Both the position numbers and the translations under genes were made by a program. Shown piece by piece: positions 13,291 through 29,424 of a DNA stretch of 64,000 nt (position 1 is the stretch's first letter; every line of letters starts with the position of its first letter). Origin of the DNA: the human T2T-CHM13v2.0 reference genome, Homo sapiens; the NCBI RefSeq assembly GCF_009914755.1, contig NC_060930.1, one strand, 5' to 3'. The notes beneath the pieces were generated by a model. That model saw only the letters and a program-made list of their open reading frames with translations. It did not search any database and had not been told where the DNA came from.

Positions 13291-14307
13291 AGCTACAGAG
13301 AGGAGTTAATATCCCCCAGCAATTACCAGCCTTGCACACAAAATGCTCCTGCTTGGAGCAGGGCACGGGGCTGACCAGGCCAAGGGTGGGCCCCAGGGTG
13401 ATGTTAACAGCAGCCTGTTAATTGATCTGCTAGACTGTCTCTTCCTCAGCAATCTTTCTGGAATTGCAATCAGCTTCAGCTTTTCAGAGGCTTAATTTTA
13501 CAACTATAAATGAATTTGCCCTTGGGTTGGGCATTAATGTTTTTCCTGACTTTTAGCTATTTCAGAACTTGGAGGGTGACAGAGGGAGAGCCATTGAAAC
13601 CAGTAAGTTGTTTTTCTTTGTTACCAACAATAGATCCAAATTTTATCTTGAAGGAGGCAACAGTCAAGCTTTTGTGTTACTTTAGGTTTTAGTTAATTGC
13701 CAGGGAGCATCTGAGAATTAGCTGGACAGTTTTAAAACATTATATTTGATTAAACACCTTATGGCAGAAACTCTTTCATTTTATGCTTTGACCTTAGCTT
13801 ACATTTTTACTTTTAGATTTTATAGTAATTTATAATTCGGATAGAAGGGTGCACACAATACTAGCTTGATCCTGTGGTACTTAATTCAATCTACTGTAAT
13901 AGCTCAATACTACTGTCTGAAACTGGTTTAACACAAAAATATTGCATTGTTTACTGGACTTATGCTAACACGTATGGTTTAAACTAAGATACAACAAAGC
14001 TCCTCTGAAACAAATACGTGAACAACAAGCAAATACTGTCTCCTTTTGCCAGTGAAAGCAGATGGCCAGATGGATGGTCCAAAGGTAACTAACACTAATG
14101 TGCTGAGTCACAAGCAGAGATCTCTGAAACAGAGAATTAGAAAAACTCACAGGAGGTTTTACTTTTGAAATTCAGGGTGTACTGGGTTATTTATTTGTTT
14201 TTAATTTGGTGAAATTTAGCGTAGAAGTGAAAATAACATCAAGGTTTCAGGCACCATGGAAAGACTAATCTGGAAACAAAAGGCATTTAGCTGGTTAAAA
14301 TAATAAT

Positions 14308-14616
<309 letters not shown>

Positions 14617-15034
14617 TAAAATAATAATTTTATAACAAGGGCTACAACTTGCCTAGCAATGGCTAAAACACAATCAGGTCTTTCCAACTGGAGTAGTTGT
14701 TCATCTTCCAGATTATACACTTTGGCATAATTCAGAATGAGTAAACTTTCTTAGATGGGGAAAATGTAATCAAAAGAAAATGATGTGATAGAGTAGCCTG
14801 CCCTTAGCCAGTATTAATGAACGGGAAAGGTGCATTTACAAGTCAGAAGAGAACACGTTAAGGCCTAGAGATAGGACAGCCACTTGTTTTTATCTTTGTG
14901 TGTCTTGTTTCGGGTATGAAATAACTAATCACTTAACATGTATTTATTTAGAATCTAATTCCCATTTAGCCCTGCCCTAGGTATTGCTAGGTCTTCAGGA
15001 ACTTTTCTGATTTAGGATCCTTACATCAGTCATC

Positions 15035-15260
15035 ATCAATACAGCTAACATCTAATAAATACCTACTACCCGTCAGGCATTTTGAATTTATTTCACTGAA
15101 TATTGACAAATGCCTTGCAAAGGAAATATGATTTTGTCCATTTTGTACATAGGAAAATTCATGTTTAGAGAAATTAAGAAACATGGCCAAAGCCTGTTAT
15201 CAATGGTAGAGTCAAGATGAAATTTCAGATGTGACAAAGCCCTATCAGTACACCATGCTC
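15035..15260 (-). mobile_element. MIR SINE
   Basis: 'ccattttgtacataggaaaattcatgtttagagaaattaag...gccaaag' core. Confidence 0.6.
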
Positions 15261-15719
15261 AGTATCTGCGTCTGAGCGTATATGTTTATCTGAAACATGG
15301 GTTGATAAACTCTAGGGCAATTACAGGGATTTCTGTGCCATTTGTCTTAGTAGTCTTCCCTAGCTGGAATAAAGACCAAGATGACAGACCTTCAACATTA
15401 CATTTGTATCACATTGTTCAGTTAAAGGAAATTCAAATTGGGTGGTCAGAAATTAAACAATCCTCATGGCTCAAACAGTTAACACAATCAACTTTCTCAA
15501 AATTAAAACCAAACATTCTGCATTGTCAATATCTATCCATCTTATTAGAATTTACTGACTTAAAAAATGTATGTTAAAGCTTGTGAGTTTCAGTTCCCAA
15601 TTATTCTGAGGAAGTTTTATTCTAAAGCAAAGTGAAATTGCCTTTTTCCATAAAACAACTTAGAGGCATTCTCCATCTACTATTCCGACATAATCATATT
15701 ATCAGCATATGTGGCAAGT

Positions 15720-16115
<396 letters not shown>

Positions 16116-16229
16116 TAATGGCAAGGGACAAACCTTTTGTTCCCCTAAAGGCACATCCTAATACATTAAGTATTTCCCATTTTGTTTTAATCTTGGCTAA
16201 AATTTAGTTGAGGAACCTAAATATTTTTA

Positions 16230-17430
16230 GAAGGATAAAATTCATATACTATACAATTCACTCTCTTAAAGTGTACAATTCAGTAGTTTTTAGTATATTC
16301 ATAAGACTATACAGCAATCACCATTATCTAATTTCACAACATTTTCATCATCCCAAAAAGAAATTCCAAACCCGGTAATGATCACTCCATATTCCCTCTC
16401 CCCTCAGCCCCGGTAACCACAATCTACTTACTGTCTCTATAAATTTGCCTATTATGGACATTTCATTTAAGATGAATCAAATAATATATAACCTTTTGCC
16501 TGGCTTTTTTCATGGAACATAACGTTTCCACAGTTCATCCATGGTATAACATGTATTAGTAATTAACTCCTTTGTATGACTGCATAATATTCCATTACAT
16601 GAATATACCATGTTCTGTTTATATAGTTATCAGTTGATGGACATTTGGTTTGTTTCTACTTTCTGGCTAGTATGAATAATACTGCTATGAACATTTATGT
16701 ATAAGTTTTTGTTCCTGAATGTGAAAAATATGTTTCTAGTGCCTTGAGTATATACCTAGGAGTGAAATTGCTGGGTCATATGGTAACACTATGTTTAACT
16801 TTTTGAAGAACTACCAAACTGCTTCCTATAGTGGCTGCACCATTTTACATTCCCACCAGTAAGGTATGAGCTTTTAATTTCTCCACATCCTCTCTAACAT
16901 TTGTTATTATCCCTTTTTATTTTGAGGTGGCATCTCATCGTGGTTTTGACTTGCATTTCCCTAATCACATACTATTGACCATCTTTATATGTGCTTGTTG
17001 GCCATTGTATATCTTCTTTGGAGAAGTGCCTATTCAGGTCCTACGACAATTGTTAAAATTGGGTTGTTTACCTTTTTGTTGTTGAGTGTTAAGAGTTTTT
17101 AATATATTCTGGATACTAGACCCTGACTAGTCACATATATGATTTGCAAATGTGTTCTCCTATTCTGCAGATTGTCTTTTTACTTTCTTGGTAGTATCCT
17201 TTGAAGCACAAAAGTTTTTGATTTTGATAAAGTCCAACTCATTTTCTTTTGTTTTTGTTTTGTGCTTTTTGTACCATATCTAAGGGACGATTGCCTAATC
17301 CTAAGCCAAAAAGATTCACATCTTTGTTTTCTTCTCCAAGTTTTATAGTTTGTTTCTACTTTTAGGTCTTCAATCCATTTTGAGTTAATTTTTGTATATG
17401 GTGTGAGGTAAAGTTCCAAATTCATTTTGT
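16230..17430 (-). mobile_element. L1MB-type LINE: 3' UTR plus decayed ORF2 C-terminus
   Basis: L1M 3' end 'aagtgtacaattcagtagtttttagtatattc'; ORF 17180-17425 'YLTPYTKINSKWIEDLKV' resembles L1 ORF2p 'FLTPYTKINSRWIKDLNV'. Confidence 0.92.
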
Positions 17431-17461
17431 TTTTTCTATTGCTAGAATTAAATATCTTGGT

Positions 17462-17718
17462 AGAAGAGTATAGTGATTAAAAGATCAAGGTCTAGATCCT
17501 CACTGCTGGAGTTTAAATCCCTCCTCTTCAGTTACTAGTTGTGTGATATTAAGGAAGTGCCTTGATTTCCCTATGACTCACCTTTCTCATCTGTAAAAGG
17601 GGATATAGTAGTACCTACCTCATTAGTAGTGCATTAAAATTCAAATCATGGAATTGTCATAAGAACTGAGTCTGTGCATACAACATGCTGATACATAGTA
17701 AGCACTGGTTATTATTTA
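17462..17718 (+). mobile_element. MIR SINE (near full length)
   Basis: 'tagtgattaaaag...ctttctcatctgtaaaagggg...tacctacctca...acatagtaagcact'. Confidence 0.8.
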
Positions 17719-17996
17719 GCATTATCTCTGGCTCCATGAACTCCCTTCACATTTAGGATTGTCTCATTTTCTTGTCCAAGTATATGTTTTCAGTGGTGGG
17801 CTGAGTTACTTACCCCCATGTGTTATCAAGAATAGGACTTAACAGATTTTAATATACCCTAAATGTTCCAGGAGGGTTGGATATGGGCTGAGTTTATGGT
17901 TGTAGCTTACCACAAAAAGCAGCAAAGTATCTGGAGAAAGGCCTTTCCAATCTTTCATAGAACTTCACACAAGTAAAGAGATTAAAGGAAGGCAAA

Positions 17997-18800
17997 TGTA
18001 TTGGTTTGCTAGGGCTTTCGTGATTAAGTACCACAAACGAAGTGGTTTAATTAATAGAAATTTATTTTCTTACAATTCTAGAGGTTTGAAGTCTGAGATA
18101 AAGGTGTCAGCAGGACTGATTCCTTCTGAGGGCTGTGAGGGGCTCTGGTTTAGTCCTCTCTTCTTGGTTTGTAGATGGCCATCTTCTCCCTGTGTCTCTT
18201 TACATCTGCAATGAACTGAATTGTTTCTCCCCAAAATTCATATGTGGAAGCCCTAACCCTCAATGTGATGGTATTTGGAGATAAGGCCTTTGGGAGATAA
18301 TTAGGTTTACATGAGGTCATGAAGGTGGGACCCTCATGATGGGATTAAGACCCTTGTGATGGGATTAAGACACCTGAGAGCTTACTCTCTGTCTATGCCA
18401 CTGAAGACACAGCAAGAAGGCAGCTGCCTGCAAGCCAGGAAGAGAGCCCTCATCAGTAACAGAATCTTTAGGCACCTTGATAGTGGCTTTCCCAGCCTCC
18501 AAAACTGTGGGAAAAATAGCTTCTGTTGTTTAAGCCGCCCAGTCTGTGGTCTTGTTACAGCGGTCCAATCTGACTAATACAACATTATCATCCCTTTATG
18601 TGTATCTGTTTCTGTGTCCAATTTTTATAAGGACACCAGTCAGATTGGATTAGGCTCACCCTAATGACCTCATTACAACCTGATTACCTCTGTAAAGATT
18701 CTGTCTCCAAATAAGGTCATGTCCTGAGATACTGAGGGATAGGACATAGGACGTCAATATATCTTTCTTCGGGAGGAAGGGGGCAATTCAACCCATAATA
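17997..18800 (-). mobile_element. MLT1B-like MaLR solo LTR (hosts nested MLT1A)
   Basis: 'tgtattggtttgctagggct...' to '...caattcaacccataata'; 5-bp TSD gcaaa/gctaa. Confidence 0.85.
18207..18581 (+). mobile_element. MLT1A0-like MaLR solo LTR nested in MLT1B
   Basis: 'tgcaatgaactgaattg...ccccaaaattcatatgtggaagccctaacc...gactaataca'; 5-bp TSD acatc/acatt. Confidence 0.85.
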
Positions 18801-19052
18801 GCTAACAAAACAAGCCAAATGTGCATAGCACCCTTGAGAGATGCTGAGAGAGTAACACAGGCATTGAGAGTGAAAGGGAGCAAGTGGAAGTTAGTAAGGA
18901 CCAAGAAGTGAGGGATGGGAGGAATCAGTGATTTAACGGGGAAAGTGACATGTTATTTACTAAATAAAATATTGTAACATGTTTAGGTGGAAGATGGGAG
19001 TTTTCCATCTATATAGGAAAATGACTGTCATTCACATGGCACATTGTGGTAC

Positions 19053-20320
<1,268 letters not shown>

Positions 20321-21322
20321 AGTAAGACTCACAGATTAGTTCTTCAACAGTGTTACATTTTGATGCAGAAGTGAAAGCAATACTTAATTCTAAAATTGAT
20401 GTCTTTGTTATGAAATCTAGACATTTGCAATAAGCCAGTGAAGGCAATGCTCTGGAGAGGGACACACTCTTGTTACCTCTGCATTTCATGTAGGCAAATA
20501 ACTGCCTTCATAGAGAGTCCGTCCTACTGAGATGAAAGGTCCTTAATTTGGGTACCTTGTAAAAAAATATTTAGCAGGAAACTTTCAGCGTGCCTAACAA
20601 GAGACTTCCAGGTAATTTAGACTTAACTTGCCTTCTAACACACACTTAGAATGCTTAAAAAGAAAGGCCAAGTGTTAGTGCTTCCTGAGATTCGGCTTCA
20701 ACTAATTAATACATGGTCACTAACTTCAGCTAGGGGAGTAGGCAGGGGGTAAAAGCTGTCGCCTTAGGGAGATGTTTGTCAAACGGAAAATTAAAAAAAA
20801 AAAAGTCATTCCTTTTGAGCTTGGAGTCATTAACTCCTGTAGTAACCTACTGTGAGAGTACTGTTTGAGCTTGTCTTGAAAATTACTTTAAGAAAGGAAG
20901 AACAAGGAGGCTGCTGACTTGGGTGCCAGTTTATTCACACATCTTCAGCAAGAGGCAGCATATGTGTGTTTCAGACCTGCTTAGAATTCTACTGGTGCTC
21001 TCTTCTTACAGAAGAGTTCCGTCTATGTGAGAATCTGCACCTGCTGCAGTGTGGCACGGGCTCCAAAGTTGTGACAACCTCTAAAGCAACTCTTTCTTTT
21101 TATATTTTTGATCCAGAAAAAGTAATATTCAAATACTTGTTCTTATACCCACAATCATTTGAGCAGGACAACTCGAAGGAAACTTTCAGGGCAGGCTCAC
21201 TGTCTAGTACTTTGTTCAAAAGGCGGCAGCTCATCAAAGCGCTGTCTGTTCTGGGGGTTCTTATTCATGCTAATGAACACAGGAAGGGAGAGGGAATTCC
21301 AACGATCAAAGTATTGGAGGTG

Positions 21323-22037
21323 GGTATTAGTTTGCTAAGGCTGCCCTAACAAAGTACTACAAACTGGGTGGCTTAAAAAACAGAAAGATACTGTCCCACA
21401 CTTCTGGAGGCTGGATGTCCAAAATCAAAGTCAAGGCATGAGCAGGGCTGGTTCTTTTTTTTTTTTTTTTTTTTTTTTTTGAGACGAAGTCTTGCTCTGT
21501 TGCTGAGGCTGGAGTGCAAGCGGCACAATCTCGGCTCACTGCAACCTCCACCTCCCAGGTTCAGGCGATTCTGCTGCCTCCATCTCCCAAATGGTTGGGA
21601 TTACAGGCGTCCTCCACTATGCTCAGCTAATTTTTGTATTTTTAGTAGAGACGGGGTTTCACCATGTTGGACAGCTGGGTCTCGAGCTCCTGACCTCAAG
21701 TGATCCACCTGCCTTGGCCTTTCGAAGGGCTGGTTCCTTCTGAGGGCTGAGAAGGGAGGATTTGCTCAGTCCTCTCTCCTTGGCTGTACATGCCCATCTT
21801 CTTACTGGGTCTCTTCACATTGCCTTTCTTCTGTGCATGTCTCTGTGTCCAGATTTCTCCCTTTGTAAGGACACCAGTCAGATTGCATTAGGGTCCCCCC
21901 TAATGACCTCATTTTAACTTGATTACCTCTGTAAGGAACCTATCTCCAAATAAGGTCATATTCTAAGATACTGGGCAGTAGGACTTCAACATGTGAATGT
22001 GGTGGGGGAGGGAGTGTGTGGAATTCATCCTTTAATG
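21323..22037 (-). mobile_element. MLT1B-like MaLR LTR with internal Alu
   Basis: 'gtattagtttgctaaggctgcc...aaggacaccagtcagattg...ctccaaataaggtcatattct'. Confidence 0.85.
21455..21725 (-). mobile_element. Alu (AluS), 5'-truncated
   Basis: Antisense, ends near 'gccttggcctttcga'; TSD agggctggttc. Confidence 0.93.
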
Positions 22038-22699
22038 GTGGGAGGGGGTGCCATTTAGCAAAAATCCATGTAAAAAGCCACACACTGACCTGTGGTGGCC
22101 TTGCTGATATACTCAGCACAATAACAAATACTTCCAGTGTCTCAAAAACAAGCCTTCTAGAAACATTCAGATTAGGTTCTGGCACTAGTCAGAAGGGTAT
22201 GGAGGCAGAGGAATCTATGAGTAAGATTGGACATTCACAGAGTATTGAACCTTTTAATCGCCCACAAGTAAATGAATACATGAGTGAGTGAAGACCATGA
22301 TCTTTAAGAAATGATTTATCTATTGGTAGAAAATCAGAAAACTCTCCCCAGTCGCTCTTGTTGGTTTCACCATTCTTTAATATAATTTATCACTGCCTAA
22401 TTCTCAATTTTCCTTCCTAATACACGTATTAGGCCTTGCTTTGGTTCTCCTGGTTATCTGGTCACTGGGTTTCACATCCACATAATTAATCTCTCAAACT
22501 TTATCCCATACAGTGTATGCAGTGATCTCTATTGCTTTCTCAATACTTCGGGCTGCTTCCAATCACTTGTAGTCCAATTGTGGAGTCATTGCTTAACAGA
22601 GAAGTTCACTCTGTTAAGCAGACAGCTCCAGGTCATCTAGAACCTCCCTCCAAAACAGTTTTCCAGCCTCATTTACCATCATTCCTTACAAAAAAAACC

Positions 22700-23075
22700 T
22701 CCAACCAGGGCAAATAAGTGACTGTTTTCCAAGTTTCCATTTTCCAGGTTGTTCTGTCTCCCTGGAATAACGCTGTTTATCCCCATCCTTCTTCAGCCTC
22801 CCCTCCCCATCTCCCACCCAATGCATAAACACAAAACTGGAGTTTCAAGTTCCAGCTCAAAACACACCGCCCCTGACCTTCCAAAAAGAAACAATTCCAC
22901 TGGTTTCTTCGGAAGGCATGACACATCTCATCTGACCGTATTTTCCATTGTGTTCTTAATTATCTGCATGGTAAGACTGTAGTTCTCCTCTCCCCAGAGC
23001 CTAACTCATGGCCTGAAATAGAAGGGAGTGCTCAATTCAGGGTTTAATGAAGGGGTAAATGAATGAATGGAAGTG
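22700..23075 (+). mobile_element. L2 3' fragment
   Basis: 'agagcctaactcatggcctg...gtgctcaat...aatgaatgaatg' L2 tail. Confidence 0.6.
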
Positions 23076-23989
23076 AATAATGATAGGAAATATCCAAAAC
23101 ATCAGATAATCCAAAAATAATCTATATGTGACTTTGGAATGTATTTTATACACATTTTCAAAGAACATCAAACACAAAACTTCAAACGAAGTAATGAAGC
23201 CAGCCTGTGCAGATCCCAGTTGGGTGGGGTGTCCTGGAAAAAGGGTGGGAATCCTAACAGGAAAGGAGGAACCTCTCATCAGCCAACTACCCTTCCCCAG
23301 CCTCGTGGCTTATCTAGAAATCAGAGTGAATCCAAATGGCTTAGAGCTCAAGGGTACAGTGTTGGGTAATTCATAAATGATTGAAATGCCTTTAGAAATA
23401 TAAGTGCTACATAAATGCTAAATTATAATAACACAAAAATAATCATTTTCCATTATTTTCTTTAGATATGTAAATGGCATACTCTTTTAAATCTAAAGTG
23501 GGTTCAAGAAACAGCAATAAGTTTAACACAAATGCACCAAACGATCATGGAAACCCATTCAGTGTTCTAAATGCAATTATCGTGCTGACCATCAGCCCAG
23601 AAAACAAATTACGGTAGCTAATGACAGGGAACAGTAATCAGAATGTTTTTAGAAAATTACTTGGAAACAACTTTGTCAACAGAGACCACTCAAATATAGC
23701 TGTAAACAGCTTAAGTAACAGAATAACACGGTGACCTATGCCCCAAGTGACAAGAAGAAGATGTAAAACATATTCTGGGTCCCAAATCACTGTTTTCTAA
23801 AGTGACTATGTACACTGTTTTTAACCTCAGTCTTTCTGGGTCATTCTAAATGTGGGAGAGATTCAAGTGCCCTTGAACATTCTGCTGTTTAGTAAGTCTT
23901 ATCCTAGTTCACTCCTATACTCAGGATAAGTCTCCCTTTCTCCTCTCCTTTGCATTTTTTGTTATCTTTGGCATTCGTTTTTGAAAAAC

Positions 23990-24240
23990 ATGCGCCTCAC
24001 TTGGAGCAAATCCATTAAAGCAAACAACCTGAAAACTTTCCAAACAGCCGGGACTGTTGTGATACGCTGGCATCTCTCAGGGCTTGCAGCGCTCAGAGAT
24101 CCAGGCGGAAGAGTTTCTCGTTAGCTATAATAGCAACTGACATTTACATATCTCCGTTTTAATTCCCCGGAGACTGGTATAGCTCGAGTGTGCGATAAGC
24201 GAGTGGGGACACCGGGTGTAAAAGGAAAACCAGCGTGGGT
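23990..24240. promoter_or_regulatory. Candidate cis-regulatory element (CpG-retaining unique sequence)
   Basis: 13 CpGs in about 245 bp of non-repeat DNA within a CpG-depleted window. Confidence 0.4.
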
Positions 24241-24665
24241 GGAGGAGGGTCTACAAAATGAGGCCAAAGGACATGCTGCAAGCTTTGAGATTGAAATATT
24301 GTTCTCAGAGTGCTTTATTAGCAACAGAGCAAAATGAGGAATATGTGAGAAGATTGCTTGTATAAATTGCCACTTTTTCCAGAAAAGCTCAAGTATAACT
24401 CTTGCATTGCCTGTAATGGAGGAGTGAGCAATCCCTTGTAGTTTGTAGTTTCTTTTTGTTTGTTTGCTTGTGTGTGTGTGTTTTAAGGCAAAACAAGCAC
24501 CAAAAATACATTTTGAAAAGAAACCAGGTTAAGTGAAATTATTTCTAAAATGTGTATTCCACATGTTTCTCTGACTAGACAGTGACCCAACTAGGTTAAG
24601 TCTTGCCATTGAGGCATCTGATGTCATTATGAGAGCCAACTGCCATGGAAAATGCTGGAATATAA

Positions 24666-25035
<370 letters not shown>

Positions 25036-25303
25036 CAAATGTCACTTTTTGCAACCCCATCCAGTTTTCAATTTACTGCTTCTCACATACTGTGGCCTAG
25101 AAATTCTAGCTTAGAATTGTGGCAAGAATGAGCCTCACTGGCTTTTAGTAAGAGGCTGTGAGTAAAGTGTGTAGGCTTTCACGTTTATTTTGCTTGCTAG
25201 TATCCTTTTCTTTTTACTTTTACCAGTTTCTTGACCACATTCCAGAGAGATCTGCTGACCAATAAGAAGGGTACCACTGAAATTAATAAAAGGTGAATTT
25301 TAT

Positions 25304-25574
25304 GCTACAAAAAAATAGAAAGAATGAATAAGACCTAGTATTTGCTAGCACAACAGAGTGACTACAGTAAAAAATAATTTAATGTATATTTTTAAATAAC
25401 TGAAAGAGTACAGTTGGATTGTTTCTAACACAAAGGATAAATACTTGAGGTGTTGGATACCCCATTTACCCTGACATGATTACTATGAATTGCATACCTG
25501 AATCAAAATATCTCACGTAACCCATAAATGTATACACCTGTTATGTACCCACTAAAATTAAAAGTTAAAAAAAC
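25304..25574 (+). mobile_element. L1MA2/3-type 3' end, 5'-truncated insertion
   Basis: 'aatagaaagaatgaataagacctagtatttg...tgtacccactaaaattaaaa'; TSD aaggtgaattt. Confidence 0.88.
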
Positions 25575-25723
25575 AGAAGGTGAATTTATCACACAGAATT
25601 TAGACATCTCATAGAGATTTATATGAAATGCTAGGCTTACACGTAACTGTTTATCTCTATTCTTTGACTTAAAATTTTATATTTTTCAGGATGATCCCAA
25701 ATGCTAAAATTATATTTATTTTA

Positions 25724-26031
<308 letters not shown>

Positions 26032-26169
26032 TTAATTTCTACATTTACACCTAATAGAATGAGTATGATTTTATTATGGAGAATTTGCTATATAGAGAAA
26101 AACAAACAAAAAATCATAGTCCTTATTACTCTGACACTACCTCCCTTTGCACTTTCCGACACTTCTTTC

Positions 26170-26470
26170 CAAATGCTTCCTAAACATGCATTTGGAAACA
26201 TAGTTTGCTACCATCATCTATATAAGTTTACATCCTGTTTTTGAAATGTGCTATATCATAGTTATTCTCCTTATTGCTTTATGTCTTTTTGACTATCCTT
26301 CTAATGACTATAGAATACTCCACTGAGTAGCTATATAATCATTTACTTAACCATTACTGGACTTCCAGGTTGTTTTCAAATTTTTACTATTATAATAACT
26401 CTGCGATGAATATCTTCCTGAACATAGCTTTTATTTGTTTGATTGTTTTGGGATTATTTCTTTAGGAGTT
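26170..26470 (-). mobile_element. Old L1M fragment
   Basis: 'aatactccactgag...tataatcatttacttaaccatt...ggttgttttcaaatttttactattataataactctgcgatgaatatc'. Confidence 0.6.
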
Positions 26471-27429
26471 CCCCAGGAGGATTCACATAGAAAAAGACTG
26501 TAATAATTTAGAACCAAGTCTTAAAAAAGGAAAATTCTGGATGGATATGGATACACTTATGGTCCATAAGTGTATTTCTTGTTTAGTGGGAAGGAAACAA
26601 AGTGGTTATTTTAGACACACACAAAAAATACTGCTCTGAATTAACAAGCAGGGGAGAGGGGACCATTGGGCAAGGCATGAGATACTATTTTGTTAGGAAA
26701 ACATCTGGCTTCTTTGATCCCTATGGAACAAAGAAGTTGCAACAAAAATAACTAAATTATTTCATATAACAAAGTAGCAGAACACATTTTAGTCTTCTCC
26801 AGTGGGTGAGGAAGTCAAGGAGCCTTGGAATGGAAAGAAGAGAGGTAGGTAGGAAGAGGATTCTCTGGGTTCAAAGAAAGAGGAGGCTTGTCAACTTGCC
26901 AAAGAGAGGGAAACCAGGAAGAAATGCCTGGAGGGTTACAGATGGGCTAGGCACTTTTGCATAGAGATGTCTTCATTTGTTTTCAAGTTGCTGCCTATTC
27001 TATACCATGATGTGACCGCTTTGGTCCCAAGACTTTAGGGAAAGGTAACTATTCATAAGAGCTTGTGTTAGTGCAACCTCGGGAATAAAGCCTAGAGACT
27101 GGTCCTTGGAAATGGGGGATGGAGAATAGAGCAGCTGCAGGAAGGAAGAGGCAGAGTTTACTGGACACAGAAGTCAGGGTGAGAGACAAAGAACACCAGG
27201 AGGTTCCTGAGAATTCTTACAGATACTGGGGAAATGCTAAACCTACCCCATTACAGCATGTGGTAGGGGGGCTCAGATTTATATGGATGTTGAATGAAAT
27301 AAGAACTCAACAGGTCAGTTCACCTCGATCCCCAGAAAGAAGACTCCGTAGTTAAAATTACATGATTAGCTAAGGCCTAGATGTCCTGAACCCACAAATT
27401 AGACTCTTGGATTGAAAGTAAAATGTGAG

Positions 27430-27722
27430 GGCCAAGAGCAGTGGCTCATGCCTGTAATCCCAGCACTTTGGGAGGCTGAGGTGGGTGGATCACGGGGTCA
27501 GGAGTTCAAGACCAGCCTGGCCAAGATGGTAAAACCCTGCCTCTACTAAAAAAAAAAAAAAATTAGCTGGGCATGGTGGCACGCACCTGTAATACCAGCT
27601 ACTCAGGAGGCTGAGGCAGAGAATTGCTTAAACCCAGGAGGCAGAGGTTGCAGTGAGCTGAGATTGCGTCACTGCACTTCAGCCTGGGTGACAGAGCGAG
27701 ACTGCATCTAAAAAAAAAAAAA
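27430..27722 (+). mobile_element. Alu (AluSg-like)
   Basis: 'ggatcacggggtcaggagttcaag', 'ccaagatgg'; degenerate TSD aag(t/g)aaaatgt. Confidence 0.95.
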
Positions 27723-28751
27723 TAAGGAAAATGTTAACCAGCCATCCCATAAACCCTAGAACTGATATTTCAAAAGCTAAGTCAGTATGTTGTTTTTCTG
27801 GTGCATGCCTGAATTCGACTTCTGTATGGCTGATGTATTTACTTTTTAAAAATCTGTATTTTTGTTTTTATAAAAGGCATGCAGACGTTGCTTCCATGAG
27901 TCATCTACCTGTAACTAGTGGACAGAGTTGGCTGTCATGCCCCTGGAAAGGCTGCTCCTGCTCTCGAGGAAGCTTGATGAGCAGATGCCAAGTAAATGAG
28001 AAGTGGAGTCTGCTCTCAGAGTTGACAGCCCAAGTTGAGGATTTGACGTGTAAAATGATTGTTGTGAGTCCTCAACTATTTGTCTTTGCAAGCCAACAGA
28101 ATGCTCTGTCACAGGGGGAACATCAGGAAGTCCCCTGATATTAGTCAAGATCATAGACAGCAACTGAGAGCAACTCCTAAAGCAGCTGGCATGCATTCCA
28201 GAGATGAGAAGTGTTGGGCTAGGGAGATGTGTTTTATGGCTCTGCTACCATACTTCTCAAGGACATGTACTGTTTTACAGTGGTAAGAGGGCTTTGCAAT
28301 GTGTTAAGCAAGATACCATGAAATGTGTATGTGAATCATTGTTAATATATGGCAAATACAGGGGAAGTCCATAACGTGGTCCCAATGGTAGAGATTGCCT
28401 AAGGGTCAGTAACAAAGGGAAAGAGAATATTTACGTAGTTTAGACCCACCAAGGCACATGAGAAGGTAGTAGTCACTTGAACAAAATTCAGGCTCTGTCA
28501 GAAAAAAATTGGGAGATCTGGGATTCCAGACTATTTATAGGATGAGATATATATAAAAAAGTTACACTCACAAAGTACCTAGTATGTGGTAGACACTGTA
28601 CTAGGTACTTAAATATTATTTTAAAATATACAATTATATATAAGGATGTATTGTAATTCTAAAAATGCAAGTCATTCAAGTTCCCGCGTTAGTAAATTAC
28701 AAATTTGAACTCAATTCTCTCTGATCCAAAGCTCATGCTTTTTCTATTGTA

Positions 28752-28919
28752 TTAATTTTCAACCTTTTTGGGTCATTGGCCCCTTTGAGAGCTTGATAAA
28801 AGCCATTGGAAAAAAATGCATGTTATCATAAAAATGCAAATGTGCACATAGTTGTAAAACTTATATAGAATTTCAGGGTGTTCACAGACCTCCCGAGGGC
28901 CTCAGTTTATTAATCCTGT
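28752..28919. mobile_element. MER117-like hAT-Charlie MITE
   Basis: 'aacctttttgggtcattggcccctttgagagcttgataaaagc...aatttcagggtgttcacagacc'. Confidence 0.7.
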
Positions 28920-29079
28920 GTTACACATACCACGATGCCAAGGAAGGTTGACCGCATTAACCAAGTGTTCTCACAGGTCTTGCAGCCAGATCTGTGTGGA
29001 GAAGTATTTTCTTTAATTCAATCATTAAGTTTCCAGGCCTAGCAAACTCACTTCTTGAAAGTAAGTCTTTTTCACTTGA

Positions 29080-29424
<345 letters not shown>

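Noticed and set aside
17180-17425. ORF similar to L1 ORF2p
   Set aside because: Frameshifted fragment of an old L1MB; not an intact CDS.
20966-21349. 127-aa ORF
   Set aside because: GTG start, no homology recognised, ends in an MLT1B LTR.
27731-28286. Cluster of 68-135 aa ORFs and a possible old LTR at about 28100-28520
   Set aside because: No protein similarity; repeat similarity too weak to name a family.
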